Source of the DNA: Lophium mytilinum
Lineage: Eukaryota
Reading direction: 5' to 3'
Assembly (NCBI GenBank): GCA_010093605.1
Contig: MU004182.1
Location: 1,583,032 to 1,647,031 of the forward strand
DNA: 64,000 nt
Shown here: positions 1-14,864 of the stretch, piece by piece
Layout of the letters: the number at the start of each line of letters is the position of its first letter
Numbering within the stretch: the first letter of the stretch is position 1
Notes under the pieces: generated by a model
The model's database searches: none
What the model saw: the letters and a program-made list of their open reading frames with translations, nothing else
Told to the model about the DNA's origin: nothing
Made by a program: the position numbers and the translations under genes

Positions 1-3000
1 GTTTCTTAAAGCTTACTAAATTAGAGACAGGGCTTACTTATAGCTATTATTATGTACTTATCTATATAGCTCGCGTATATATAATAGTAGTCTAGCTTAT
101 ACTATTAAAAATTATTTTAACTTATTATTATTATAGGTAAGTAGTGTAGAGTAGTAATAGGTTATATATTATTATTTTTCTAGTAGTGCTTTCTACTATT
201 AGTAGTTATTATTAGCTCTTTCTTACTAATATATCTATACTAATAAATCTAATATAGTAATTATTAGAGATAGAGGAGAGAGTATTAGCTACTACTATAG
301 CTGCTATTACTTTACTCTATACTGCTACTTATCGCTTTTATAGAATAGAGGTAAGGTAAGATTTAATAGAAAGAGGAGATATATAGTGCTAGGCTAAGAG
401 TTTTAAAATTATCTATCTTAGCTACTAACTATTATAGATAAGCTATTATTACAGGCTATATATATATATAACGGGCAGTTATATAGTAGCGTTATTATAA
501 GGTCTTAAATATATAGTATAGAACTATTATATATTAGTAGAAGTATTAGAGGCTAACCCTCTAACACGTTATAGCTATCTATTCTAGTCTTATAACTATT
601 TCTTTCTTTCTATTACCTGCCTTTATATTACCTGCACCCTATAGAGTTACGTTATATATAATATTAACCCTACTAACTATAGAAAATTCTTTAATAAAAT
701 AAATAGACTACCTATTACTAATAATAAGATTAAATAGCTACTACTAGATTAGCTCTATTACCTTTATAATATATAGAACCTATAAGTAGCTAATATACTA
801 CCCCCCCACCGCAAAATAGACTACTTAATTAACTTTACGCCTAATAGTAAGCTACTAGTATAGAAGGTCTATAGTCTCTTATAAGATTAAGCCGCTATAG
901 TTAAAGTATTTATTAATAAAATATAATCTAAAGGCTTTATTTAACTAAGTTTATCCTTCTTTACTACTCTAATACTTATTATTAAGAAACCTAGTAGGGG
1001 CCTATATATCTATATAGACTATAGAGGACTAAATAATATTATAATTAAAAGCTATAATATACCGCCTCTAGTTAAGAATATATTAGCCCTACTAGCTAAA
1101 GCTAAATACTATACTAAGCTAGATATTATTAGCGCCTTTAACGCTCTATATATTAAAGAAGGTAATAAATATAAAATAGCATTCTTAATAAGATAGGGTC
1201 TATTTAAATTCTTAGTCCTTCTATTTAGCTTATATAATGCACCTAGCTTATTCTAAGCCTATATTAATAATATACTATATAAGAATCTTAACTAGTACTA
1301 TATAGCCTATATAAATAACGTACTTATCTTTAGTAATAACCTAGAAGAGTATAAGAAATATATTATCTCTATAGTTATAAAACTAAAAGATATAGGCCTC
1401 TTTTTTAATATTTATAAGTCTAAATTTGCAGTCTAGAAAGTTAAGTACCTAGGCATTATTATAGGCGTTAACGGCGTGTATATAGACCTATATAAGGTTT
1501 AAATAGTACTTAACTAGCCTATTTCTAGAAACCTTAAGAATATCTAGACTTTTCTAGGTTTCTATAACTTCTACTATTATTTTATTACTAGATATTCTAA
1601 GTTTATAGTACCTCTCTCTACGCTTATATTATCTACTAGAAAATTATTTAAATTCCCCTAGAAAGATAATAGTAATAAAGTACACGCGTTTACCCGCATT
1701 AAGAAATATTTCTAGAATGCCCTCTAGCTAGCTCTATAGAACCTAGACTATAAGATATAGATTAAATATAATTTCTTAGATTATATAGTAGTAGCTATAC
1801 TATTATAGGTCTAACTAGATAGTACTCTATAACCTATTACCTTTATATTATAATAAATAATACTATAGTAAATTAACTATACTATCTATAATAAGAAACT
1901 GCTTACTATAGTTCTAGCGTTTAAAGACTAGCGCCTAGAACTTACCGGCTAAGGCTAGAAATATAGTAGCCCTATTAATATAATCTCTAACTATAAGAAC
2001 CTTTAGATATTTATAATAATAAAGCGCCTTAACTACTATTAAGTATAATAGGCTAAATTCTTAGCTAAATTTAACTTTAAAATTACGTATAAACCTAGTA
2101 AACTTAATAATAAACTAGACCTTCTTACTAGATATTCTAGTAATAAACTATTAGAAGGTAACGCATATTATAAGTATTAAGAATAAGTTATACTTAAGCC
2201 TGCTAACTATAAATCTAATATATACTATACTATTAAACTAGCCTCTATTCTTATAGATAACGCCCTATAGTATACTATTATAGACCTAGCCTCTATAATA
2301 TATAACCTAAGTAAATTTAACTAACCTAATAACTAGCTACGGCTTACTATTATATATATATAATAGATAAGACTATACTTAGAGCCGTGCATAGATAAGA
2401 TAAATAACTCTATACTAGAGCCCTCTATAGAAGATAAAATATATAATTCTTCTAAGTAAGAATATAATTCTAATACTAAGCTATATAATGCGTTAAAGTC
2501 TATTCTTACTAGCAACTAAATCTTATAATATATTAAGAAAGCCTCTTAAGCTAACCCTATTATATAAGTAGTAAAGTATACTAAGCGCTATAATAAGTAA
2601 TAACTACTAGCTTAATTCTACCGCGACTACTACCTATAAATTAAGCTTAGAGATTATAATATAATTAATAACTTTCTCTATATTAGAAAGAAGCTCTATA
2701 TACTAGCCGTACCTAAACTATATATAGTAATTATTTATTCTATATATAAACCTAAACTAGCTAGTTATACTAGAATAACTTCTACTTATACTAGGCTAAG
2801 TAACTATTACTACTAGCCCCTTATAATATCTAACGTTAATTAGTATATAGGCGCTTATATAACCTATTACTACTTAAAGTACTTTAAAGAAGGTAAGTAA
2901 GGCCTTCTTTACCTACTACTAATTCTGCATTACTACTAGTATAATATCTTAGTTAACTTTATTAAACTACTACCCATTTATAAATAATAGGGCTAGAAAT

Positions 3001-4349
3001 ATAAGTATATTATAGTTATAGTTAATTAACTATTTAAGAAGAGAAAGTTTATCCCGCTTAATTCTATAAAAGTTAAGCTAGTTATCTAAGTATTTATTAA
3101 ATAGGTCTAGTATAAGAAAGGCTATCTATATACTATTATATCTAATTAAGAAGCGCAGTTTATATTATACTTTTAGAAACGCCTCTACGCCTGTATTAGT
3201 ACCTCGCCTAAGTTATTATTATTATTCTACTCTAAAATAGATAGCTAGACTAAGATTACTAATATAGTACTTAAGTAATACCTATAAGCCTACGTTAATT
3301 ATAAATAAGATAACTAGGTAGACCTTCTACCTATAGCTAAATTTAAAGTAAACTGCGCTAAAATAATAATAGAAGTATTACTATTTATAGTAACTAAAGG
3401 CTATAACCCGCGCTTAGGTCTTAAGCTAGTAGATAACTCTATTAAACCTAAAGGCCCCTAGAAATTACTATAAGAGAAAGCTAACGCCCTAGCTAAATAA
3501 ATTAACTAGCTTTAACTCTTTCTATATAATAAGCTTATCTAGATCTAAGTACGCTAAGCTTATTATATAAACCTTAAGCGCAAGCCTACACCTAAGTTTA
3601 AAGTTAGTAATAAGGTTATACTTAATGCTTGCAATATTAAGATACAACGCCTAAATAAGTTACTTAATTATAAGTAGCTAGGCCCTTATAAAATTATACG
3701 CGTTATTAATAATAGTGCCTATAAGCTTATACTACTATAAACTATAAAAGAACTATTTAATATCTTCTATCTATAGCTACTCTATAGGATTACTTATAAG
3801 CCGCTTAAAGAATAAATATATAATAAACCCGGCCCTATTAAAGTTAACTAGAAAGGTTTTAAATAATAGAATGTAGATAATATTATTAACTTATAAATTA
3901 ATAAAGTAATAGTTAATTCTACTATAGATAAGAAAGGCCTCTTATAATATAAAATCTAATATACTAGTTACCCTAACTAGAACGCTAAACCTAAGTAGGA
4001 ATTATATAAAAGCACATTTAATTACTGTAATATTATAATAGACTACTATTATTAATACCCTAACGCCGCTAGACCTTATAAGTCTTTTAAGAAACCTAAG
4101 TACTAGAAACCCCTACTAGCTATAATTATATTAAGACTATAGAAGTAGACCTTAAGCTAGATATTACTAAAGCTAACTAGCGCTAGCTAGCTAAGTAATT
4201 ACTAACTCTATTAGAAGACGCTAACCTAGTAGACTACTAGATAATAGATAATATAAAGGTTTATAAGTTTAACTTCTATACTAATTTATATTACGCCTAT
4301 ATAGTACCTATAGTTTATAATACTATATAAAAAGACTAAAGAATTATAG

Positions 4350-4490
4350 AGAATTATAGTAAGATTATATAATTATATTAATACTACGTAATTATAGTAA
4401 TACTATGTAATTATAGCAAGACTGCATAATTATATTAATACTGCGCAATTATAGTAATACTACATAATTATAGTAATACTAATAATTAAT
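4350..4490. repeat. About 7 copies of a 19-bp tandem repeat (AATTATAGTAATACTACGT-like) in the Gypsy 3' UTR
   Basis: Units such as aattatagtaatactatgt, aattatagcaagactgcat and aattatattaatactgcgc are visible directly. Confidence 0.8.
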
Positions 4491-4617
4491 AGAAGAACTA
4501 ATTAAGAAAGAACTAATTAAAAAGAATTACCTGCGCATAGTAAGTATAAAACGGAAAGGCTAAAAGTATAATACTAGAAGAAGCTCTATATATAGTTTCT
4601 TTTAGAGGGGGGGTAGT

Positions 4618-4914
4618 ATTATAGCTATAATATAACTTCTATTATAATATATTTTTAATATATATAATAGTATTATATACTCTATAGTATATAATTACTA
4701 TTATATAACTAGGCTTAGCGCCAGCCTCGCCTACCTTTTAGCTAGCGCTCCGCGCCTTTCTTTCTCTCTTATAGCTACTTTATCTATATATACTAATATT
4801 AGGTCTTCTCTTATAATTTACTATTATACTATAATATTAGGCTTAGTAATCTTCTTATAGTAATTCTAGGTTCTATTAGAATATAGTAACTCTATAGTAT
4901 ATATTCTTATAATA
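4618..4914 (+). repeat. 3' LTR of the first Gypsy element
   Basis: Starts just after the PPT with TATTATAG (RIP form of TGTCACAG). Shares GCTTAGCGCCAGCCTCGCCTACC with the minus-strand LTR at 14211-14320. Right end is approximate. Confidence 0.65.
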
Positions 4915-6338
4915 CTTAGAAACTATATTATAGAAGGCTTTAGTAGAGTTAAGATTAATATTAATAGTATTAGTAACTCTATTATAATTAATATAGAATA
5001 TAATACCTTTAGCTATTATAGTAAAGTATAACTTATAATAGTTAAAGTTATAGCGCCCTAATATACCTAGTATAGGTAATTCTAGTTCTAGTTATAATAG
5101 TATAACTATAGTAGGCGTAGAGAAGCTCTATACTAATAGTAGGGGGTTATTATTACGCTAGGCTTTTTAAGTAAATAGAAAAACTAGGCTAGTAGAAACG
5201 TTATTATTCTAGATACTAAGTAGATTATCTTAATTAAAGTAGACTACTTTATAGAGGTCTATAGTAAATTAGAATTAATTATTCTTATTTTCTTTATTAA
5301 GCTTATTAAGCTTCTAGTTAAGCTATATACTATCTTCTTTATTAGAGGTAATATAAAACTTCTTATTATCTAGGTTAATAGAGCGCCTACTACGCTAGAG
5401 AATAGTAGTTAGTTATTAACTATAGGCTGCAGCTATATCTAGTCTAATAGTACTAGCTTTTAGTATATAGAGTTTACTATAAGCGGCTAGCTACTCTAGA
5501 GTAGAACTAATACTATATTAAGATAATTTACCTATTTTTTTATATAGGGCTTTAGTATATTAGATCTCTTATTATACTTACTAAGAGTTAGAGGCTAGTA
5601 TTAACTAGGTAGCTTAGCTATTAAGGGTAGAGTATAGGTTAGTATTACTACTCTTATTAATATATATATTACTAGAGAAAGCTTCTAAATATACTATAGT
5701 ATATTTACTATAACTTAGTATTATAGATAAATAGTTCTACTTATAGGGTTTTAAATAAGAAGAAACTAGTATTAGAGAGTTACACTAGTTAACTATTACT
5801 AGTTAGGTAATAGTAGATAGTATTCTAGTAGGTAGATAATAGTTCTAGTAGTTAGGTAGAGAAAAAAGTTAGTATAGAAAGAAAGGTTATAGAGCCTTTA
5901 TAAAAGCTAGAAAGTAGATATAGCTAGTACGCTTCTTAGTAGCTATTCTTAGTAGCTAAACTAATTAGTAAATAATAATAACTATACTAGGTTTAGTTAG
6001 TTTATACGCGTATAGATAGAGGTATAATAGTAAATAGATTTATAGAGCCTATATATTAGTTTATATAGATAATAGAGTATAATATCCTTACTATAAGGTT
6101 ATAGAGCCTTCTTCTATTCTAGTTTCTTATTAATAAAGGTTATAGAAATTAAATTTAGTAGCTATAGAGGTACTAGTATATATATAGATAGATAGATATA
6201 AATAAATAAATAGAAAAAGTACTTTTAATATCTTCTAGAAGCTAGAAGAATAGCTACTTTATATTAAAGTATAATATAGAATTATAATAGAAAACTAATA
6301 GTATTAAGTATATAATAAAGTAGCTATAAGAAGAGAGA

Positions 6339-9300
6339 TACTAAAACTAGTAAGGGTTCTATTAATAGTATAGACGCTAACTAGTTTACTACATAATTCT
6401 ACTAAAGTATATAGAACTATAGCTATATAGTCTCCTCTCCCTTAGTATAATCTAAGAAGTAATTAAATCTATATAACCTAATTTTAATAGGTTATAAGCC
6501 CGGCTTAGCTAAGTATTATCTAATATCTATATAATAATATACTAAAAATACGCAGGAGACCTATAATAGTTAACTACTGCCCTTCCGTTATGCAACCTCC
6601 TGCATAATCTAACTATAGAATTAAGTAGATTAATCTATATTTAGAAATCCGGACTAGGTCTAGATGCTAAAAATATTAAAACTTTAGTATAATATCTAGC
6701 TAGACCTATCTAGACCTATACTAACTATAGTACTACTCTATTTAAGCTATCTATATATAATATACTCTAGTAACCCCTTATATCTAAAATAAACATCTAG
6801 ATCTAGGCCCTTACGTGCCCGGTTTAATTAAGTAATAATAAAGTAAGTACCCGCTATTATAAAATAACATTTAAAATACTTAAAGGGAAGAAAATCCTCT
6901 TTATAATAAGTTTAACATACTCTCTCTACCTACTATTACGTGTTTAAAAGATATATAACCTTTAACCTTATCTACTAAAGCCTGCCTGGAAAGAAGTCTA
7001 TTATATACTAAATTAAAACAACTTCTAATACCTAGCTAAGAACCTCTTAGTTAGTGCCTTTAAGCTATACGCTAAAAGACCTTAAGATATTAGACTATTA
7101 GATAAGTAGGACGCCTATTTTAAAATTATAGCCGGCACTAATAAAGATTATATTAATAATAATATATTAAATACTACTATTACCTTAAACTACTCTATAA
7201 ATAACACTTTTCTATTAAGTATTAATAGCTATAATCTATAGGGACTATTAGTATAGTTAAGACCTAGACTAAGGCCTAAAGTAACTATAGAAGCTATCTT
7301 ATCTTAATTAGAGACGCTAAGTATATCTTCTATATCTATATAGTAGACTTATATATTACTCCGCATAGAAATACTACCCTATTAATACTTTCTAGCTCTA
7401 ATTACAATTAGATCCTTACTAGAATTATTATCCGGGTTATTCTTATCTAAGCTAGAACTAACTTCTTTATCTTCTTTATCCTCTAGATTAGAACTAATTG
7501 CCCTAAGACGCTATACTAGTTAAGATAGGTAAAGCGTTGCTAGCTTAGATTAAGAAACTTAACTTATTAACTAGCTAGATTTAGTAGAATTAGGAAATAA
7601 TAGTATAGCTATAAATAAATAGTTTTAGCAATCTTCTAGTAGGGGGATAGAATTAGATAGCACTAATAGCTTCTCTAGATCCTTAAATAGTAATAATAGT
7701 TACTATAGATACCCCTATAGTAGAATAGAAAGCTAGTAGATCTACTTAACCTTTAAATTCAGGTACTATAATAGTAGTAGACGCTAGATTAATTATAAGA
7801 TAGAAAGATAAGATAGAGAAATATAAGGAAAAACTAAATAAATAGCTTAACTATTAGGACTAAGTAATATCTATAATTATAACTTAATACGGGTCTAACG
7901 CACAATATATAATAGATAATATTAAATAAGTAGTACTACTACTTAACACCCTATACCTCTACTTCTAAGACGTAGGCCACGGGATAATTTATTAGCGTTA
8001 ACTTAACTATAGTAATATATTATTTAATAATTATATAAGTGTAGAGGACTTTATAGATAAGCTTTAAAAAGTAAATTAAAACCTTACTAACGTTAATCTA
8101 ACCTGTAAATATAGTAAAGTATACTTAATTAATAACTTCTTTAATAGACTTAGAACTAACTACTAAATATTAGCTAACCTCTTCTAAACTTAAAATCTAA
8201 CTATTCCTATAAGAGATGCAACTAGTATTATTATAAGACTAGCTTTAAACTTTAGCTCTACTATTATAGTAATGCAACATTATAAGACTTCTCTTAAAGT
8301 AGATAAAGAATATAAAAAAGCTATAATAGCCACGCAAGCTAAAGGGAAATTACATAGTACTAGAAATGGAAAAGAAAACTATACTTATAATAAGTATTAT
8401 ACTTATTATAAAAAGAAGGCCTAGCATAATACCTCTACCTACTAGAAACTTTACCTATACCTAGAAAAGAAGTTTAAAGAAAAGAAGGCGGCCAAGAGAA
8501 AGGTAAAATAAGAAAAAAAGGCTAATAATTCTAAGGAATCTAGTTTAAAGCGCTAGAAAATAGATACTATTAAGAAATATAGCGCTAACCTAGTAGTCTT
8601 TTCTACTAATTTTAAATTTCTAGAAGAAACTAACTATATTACCTATATAGTAAATACGTCTACTATATTTAATAATATCTAGCTAATTAATACGGGTTAT
8701 TTAACTTACTATTATAGTACCTAAAAAGACTTTATTAAATCTATAATAAAGCTATATTAAGGCCCTAGAATAGAAGAAATAGAAGGGACTATTACCTAAC
8801 TAACTAAAATAGAAATAGTTCGGCTAGAATGCGACTATAAGAGATAGTAGGTTTTTTTCTACCTTACTAATATATTATATACTTCCGGCTTTAAATATAA
8901 CCTTATATTAGTCTTAAAACTAATAAACTAAGGTGCACGCGTAAGCTTTAAACCCCGTTAAGCTATAATAGAACTCTTAGAAGTTACTATTCTAGTACCC
9001 TACTAAAAGAGGGTCTACGTAATTTAATAGTAGAAGAAAGATATTACGCCTATATTAGTAATAGCTATATATAAAATTATAGATCTAACGCTTTAAATCT
9101 AGCATAAATAAATAGCTTACCTAGGTAAATAAAACCTCCGCAAGCTCTAAGGAATATTAGTTAGTATAAAGCTACTTAACCTAGACTGCCTATATATAGG
9201 CTGCGTAAAAGGTTAGATAAAAGTAGGGTTCTATAAGTATTATAACTAATAAGAAATAAGTCTACTAGAACTAATCTATATAGATATAGCCGGTCCTTTT

Positions 9301-12300
9301 ATACTAGAATATAATAGAGTAAAATACTAGGTAACCTTTCTCTATAATAAAACCTAGAATATATAGGTCTATCTACTTAAATATAGAGATAAGTTCTTCT
9401 ACTATTTAAAATACTTTATTAACTCTAATAAGACTATTAAGCGCCGCATTAGGCGCATTAGACTAGACTAAGTAGGGGAGAATATTTTAGGAATCTTCTA
9501 AGAGTACTACTATAACTAGGGGATTCTCCTAGAATATATAGAAACGGACTAATACTAAGAAAATAGCTCTATAGAAGTACTTAATTAGTATATACTCTCT
9601 AAACTAAACTCTACGCTATTTAACGCTAGCCTAAACCTAAAATAGTAGCTAGAAGTACTATAAGTAGTTATTATAGTTTAAAACTAAAGCTCTAGCTTAG
9701 TAATTAGTATAACCCTATACTAAGCTTAGCACGGTAACCTTCTAGACCTATTCTAGCTACATGTAATTAGCTTAAAATACTATATATTAAAGAAAGAGAG
9801 AGACTAAAAGGTAATTAGATATATAAGAACTAAAATATACACGCTAATTAGATACTTAGAAGGATAATACTACTAGTTATTAAATAAGAATAATTAAATT
9901 CTAACTATAACGGATATTATTTATCTAGAAGAATAAAGTTATACTAGAAAGTAGTATAAAGTTAATGCACTACTATATAATCTAGTAAATTCTACTACTA
10001 TAGCTATACTTTCTATATAAGCGGCCGCACTAATAAGTCTTAGCTAAAAGAGATAGCTAAGTACTACTTGTAATCTATATAACAGTAATAGAGACGGAAA
10101 TAAAAGTAACTCTTCTCTGCTAAAATAAATATAAAGTCCTACGCTATTATAGTACTAGACTCCTCCTTAGTTACTATAATTACTATCTTATTATAGTTTA
10201 CTAGCTTACTTACTAATACTAGTATAATCTATATATACGTAGCTAATATAAAGGCAGCTATTATATATATAGTTAGTACGCACTTAGCTCTTATAGAATA
10301 ACCTAAAGTAAGTACTACTATTATAGAAGGTCCTATAGAAATATTAGTATATATAAGTTAAGCCTAGAGGATCTATAACTTATATATAAAGTATATAGAG
10401 TATCTATTTAGAATTACCTCTTAACTTAAATAGATACTGCATTCTAGAAATAGTAATACTTAACTATCTAAATCTAAATTAATTAGAAAAAGAAGTATAT
10501 GCAACTATTAAGCTAGCTATTCTAGAAGCAGCACTTAAGAATTTATAATTAGCTAACTTAGAGCTACTAGAAGAACCTAAGCTAGAAATATAAACTAGAC
10601 CTACTACTAGAGAACTAGATTAAAATATAGCTCTACTAAGCCTAATAGCTACTACCGCCGTTACTAAGCTATTTAAATCTAAAATATTTAATTAAGCTTA
10701 AGTAGATCTACTCTAGAATAAGTAGAAGAAGGCTATAAAGGATAAAGTTCTATTACTAAAAGAAAATAATACCTAGACCCTTATAAATATACTATATAAC
10801 CGCCGCGTTCTAGAAGAAAAGTAGATATTTAAACTTAAACGCGGGCCTGCTAGAGAGATCCTATGCTATAAAGCTTAGTAGGTAGTCTAAGACTTTAAGT
10901 AATAAGAAGAAATTAACTACTATAAGACTTTTACGTTAGTAGTTAAGCCTATAAGCTATAAAGCTATCTTTACTATAGCCGCAGCCCTTAACCTAGAAAT
11001 TAAGTAGATAGATATTAAAATAGCATTTCTATATAGTAATATAGATAAAGAAATCTATATAGAATAACTACGCGGCCTTAGCTAACCTAGAAACTAAGTC
11101 TATAAACTTAATAAGGCGTTATATAGCTTAAAATAATTACCTAGAATATAGTATTATACTCTAGCTACCTACCTAAAAGGTTATAGCTTCTTACTATTAA
11201 ATTTAGACCTTACTATATTCTTTAAAGGCTATATATTTATTATAGTATATATAGATAACTTATTAATTATAGAACTATTATATAATAAAATCTAGAAAAT
11301 TAAGAGTCTACTTAATAATTATTTCTAGATGTTAGACCTAGGCCTATATAGCTACTATCTAGAAATATTAATTATATATAATAGACGGAATTAAACCCTT
11401 ATACTTAATTAATAAGGCTATATATCTAAAGTCCTTACTAAATTTAAAATAAATAAGAGAAAACCGTGCACTACGCCTATAGACACTAGCCGCATTAAAG
11501 TACTAGTAGAAGACTATAAGGCAACGCTAGAACTTAAAGCGTAGTATATAAAAGCTATTAGATCTCTAATATATACTATACTTAGTACTTACCTAGACAT
11601 TATATACGTAGTATTAGTATGCAGCTAATATCTAGTAAATCTAGCACTAGCGCATAAAAAGGCAGTTAAACGCGTACTTTAGTACCTATAAGGTACTATT
11701 AACTTCCGCCTAGTATATAAAGGGGAATTAGCACCTCTTATAGAATATACTAACTCTAACTAAATAGAAGACTAAGAGACGCGCTGCTCTATAGCTAGAT
11801 ATATCTTTAATATTAGTAGCGTAGCTATTAGCTAGTCTTTAAAATAATAATTAGTAGTTATACTCTTATTATATAAAGCTAAATATATAGAAGAAATATA
11901 AGCTATAAAAGAAGCTATATAGCTATAGAGTCTTCTTTAGAAGCTCTTAGCTATAAAGTTACCTTTAGTAATAATTATATACGGCAATAACTAAGAAGTA
12001 ATTACCTTAGCTAGAAACCTGCAGTTTTACTTCTAGACTAAGTATATAGCTATCTAACACTACTATATATAGAAAAAGTAAGCTAATAATACTATTAACC
12101 TCTAATTTATACTAATAGAGGAATAAGTAGCTAATAGGCTTATAAAAGTACTACTAAAAGATTATTTTCTACTCTTTTAAAAAGTAATTAGTTTAAAAGA
12201 ATATATATACTAAAGGGGGAGCACTCTTTTCTATATATATAGGTTTTAATAAGGCTTCTATCTAAAAATTCTTTTCTATTTTTTCTATAAGGTTTTTAGG

Positions 12301-14210
12301 TTTTCTAGATTACTAGACTTCTTCTATACTCTATTCTTTCTTAATTTACTATTCTAGATAGAGGGGGAGAATATAATAACCCTTAGAAACGTATAAATTA
12401 GCTAAAACTAATTAAAATAAGTATATAATGTCTAAATAAACCTAGATCTAGTATATCTATAGTACTAAAAGTAGACCTATCTATAAAAATAGAAAAAGTA
12501 GGTCTATTTATACTTAATAGTATAACTAGAATTACTTAAAAAAGCGTTCTAGATATTTAGCTATATATAGAAACCTAGAATCTATTATAACTATAGTACT
12601 AAGCGGGTTAAGCGGGTCTACTAAAGAAATAAAAGCAGGTCCCTTTATACTAATAGTAATATCTAAATTATTCTAGAACGCATTTATATATATTAACTAT
12701 TTATAGAGAACTAAACCTACTTATAGAAACCTAGATCTACTATAAATAAGTAGGCTAAGCAAGTCTACTAGAAAAATAAAAGCGGGTCCCTTTATACTAA
12801 TAGTAATTTTAAATTATCTAAAAACGCTTTTATATATATTAACTATATATAGAGAACTAGACCCCTTTTTATCTATAGTTTAATAATATAGTATAAACTA
12901 AAAATGCATTTCTATAATAAATAGTTTATTAAATCCGCTTTTCTTTAGGTATAAAAGACTGCCGTTCCTTCTAAATTAAATTAGTATCTTCTTAGATAAA
13001 TTCTATCTTTTCTTCTTTCTAATTAGCTAAAAATATAAGTAGTTCCCAATTCTTTTCTATTAAAGTTAAGAAGGAAACTCCTAAACTTTCTATAGGCCCT
13101 AACTCCCCTATATTATTCTATAGCTCTAACACTATAATCTATAGTAATTATTCCTCTATTTACTTTAAAACGCTTGCGGAAACGCCTATAGAAGTTCTAG
13201 ACGAGTTTTTAGATAAAATAGTAGAATTTTTAGATGCATCTAAAACTATAAAAGGGAATAGTAGTAAGAAGAATAATAATAACCCTATAGATAATAACTA
13301 CTAGCCTTACGTAGCCTACTATACTTATCTAAATATTACTACCGCTACTAAACCTATAGATATTCCTATAAATAAAGTTAGTATTTCTAAGCTAGAATCT
13401 ACCTTCTAATAGCTTACTATAGTTAATTATAACCTAGCTATTACTATTAGAGGCGCTAAAATACTTCTAGAGGCTCTCTTACCTACTATTAGCCCTAGTA
13501 TTAAAGAACTAGTAGAACTTAAACTTACTAGTATTTATACCTAGAAGGATAGAGTTCTTACTACTACCGCTAGCTATTCTTATAAGGTTATTAAATCTTA
13601 TAAGCTTATAATACTTAAAGAAAATAGTCCCTTCTACTATAAAGATAGAAATACTACCTATAGTACCTTTATAAGAACTAATAGTATTATATACTTCTAC
13701 CTATTTAAGAAAAAAAGTAGAGAAAAGTAACTCCTCTATAGTAACCTCTAGATTACCTCTAGCTTTATTACTAAGAACCTAGATATTCTTAATAACTTTA
13801 TATAGACCTAGTTTACCCGCCTAAACTAATTAATAGAAGCTAACTTAGCTATAGAAAGTCTATAGTTCTACCTAGACTCTATTACTAATAAGATAGAGGT
13901 TTTAAAGCTAAAGCTAGCGTAGGTAGAAGAGAAGAAGTCTTAGTTAGAGTAGAAGAATACTAACTTTTATTTAATAGACCTACTTTATTAAATATACTTA
14001 GAGGAAATAAATAGATTAGTAGAAGTTAGCTTATATCTTTTCTATTACTAGAGTAGAAGTACTAAAACTAGTAAGAGTTCTATTAATAGTATAGATACTA
14101 ACTAGTTTACTATATAATTCTACTAAAGTATATAGAACTATAGCTATATAGTCTTCTCTCCCTTAGTATAATTTAAGGGGTAATTAAATCTATATAACCT
14201 AATTTTAATA
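6339..14210 (+). mobile_element. Full-length RIP-degenerate Ty1/Copia LTR retrotransposon
   Basis: 151-bp direct LTRs at 6339-6489 and 14060-14210. 5-bp TSD AGAGA at 6334-6338 and 14211-14215. PBS GGTTAT(G/A)AGCCC at 6490. Integrase (~9100-9700) precedes RT (FKLKRGPAGEIL.YKA.WV at ~10830, YVDD-equivalent at ~11250). Confidence 0.95.
12430..12865. repeat. About three degenerate ~130-150-bp tandem units in the Copia 3' region
   Basis: Recurrent aaacctagatct...aaaagc(a/g)ggtccctttatactaatagtaat...tatatattaactat blocks. Confidence 0.7.
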
Positions 14211-14864
14211 AGAGAGTAGGGCGCGGAGCGCCGGCCGAGAGGTAGGCGAGGCTGGCGCTAAGCGAGGTCAGGTGACGGTGGCACGTGATAGGAAGTCACG
14301 TGACGCCGTTGCCTGTGACAGGAACGTATCGCGATAAGGGTCGCGTTACGGCCATGACACTAGACATAAAGAGTAAATATAGTTGTATAGTAGTAGGCAT
14401 TAGGGGCAGGCCAAATTTTAGTGGGGGCAGGTGCCGTGCGCATCGCTTAGGTGTACGCGTTTTTCTGTCAGCCGCGTGGTACCTATGGTTGCGAAGGTGT
14501 GAAGGGGTGGGGATGGACAGGGTTGAGGTAATTCGGCCCGTTTTCTCTTAGCATTATCATCACGTGATGCAAAACGATACATGAATATCATTCTTCTCAT
14601 TTGTGCACCGCTAGGTTGACATGGTATTCTCACCGCCGTGATAAGATTTGTAAAGATGTGAAGAGACACCTATACTCGTCAAAAGGCAGTCTAAATCCGT
14701 CGCTCGCCCTCGACCGCTCTCAACCACGGTTCCGTCGACCTCGCCCACGAATCCAAGTCATATGACGCCTCTCCTTATAGCTACGGCACACCACGCTACC
14801 AATACCTTCTAGCCAACCATTCCACCAGACTTTTTTCGAGAGCGCACAGAAACCAAAATTCCCC

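Larger units (their letters stand above)
1..4914 (+). mobile_element. RIP-degenerate Ty3/Gypsy (chromovirus-type) LTR retrotransposon; 5' part lies outside the window
   Basis: After reversing RIP changes: RT start KKP.GGL.IC.DYRGLN at ~985-1035, RNase H with W.EFLAEFNFKITYKPG at ~2045-2100, integrase at ~2700-3350, chromodomain-like segment at ~3860-4050. Polypurine tract AGAGGGGGGG at ~4604-4613, followed by the 3' LTR. The LTR end is approximate. Confidence 0.9.
4915..14320 (-). mobile_element. Second, related Gypsy element on the minus strand: 5' LTR split by the Copia insertion, downstream gag-like region cut by the first Gypsy
   Basis: The reverse complement of 14320-14211 begins TGTCACAGG and matches the 4618 LTR. 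The match continues at 6338 downward (tctctcttcttatagctacttta vs tctctcttatagctacttta at ~4763). Confidence 0.7.

Noticed and set aside
2333..2515. 60-aa minus-strand ORF
   Set aside because: Antisense to RIP-degraded Gypsy pol. A chance open frame.
14321..14550. Possible transposon terminus (…GAGGTAATTCGGCCCGTTTTCTC) and short ORFs beside the LTR
   Set aside because: No partner end or TSD is visible in the window, and the ORFs have no recognisable features.
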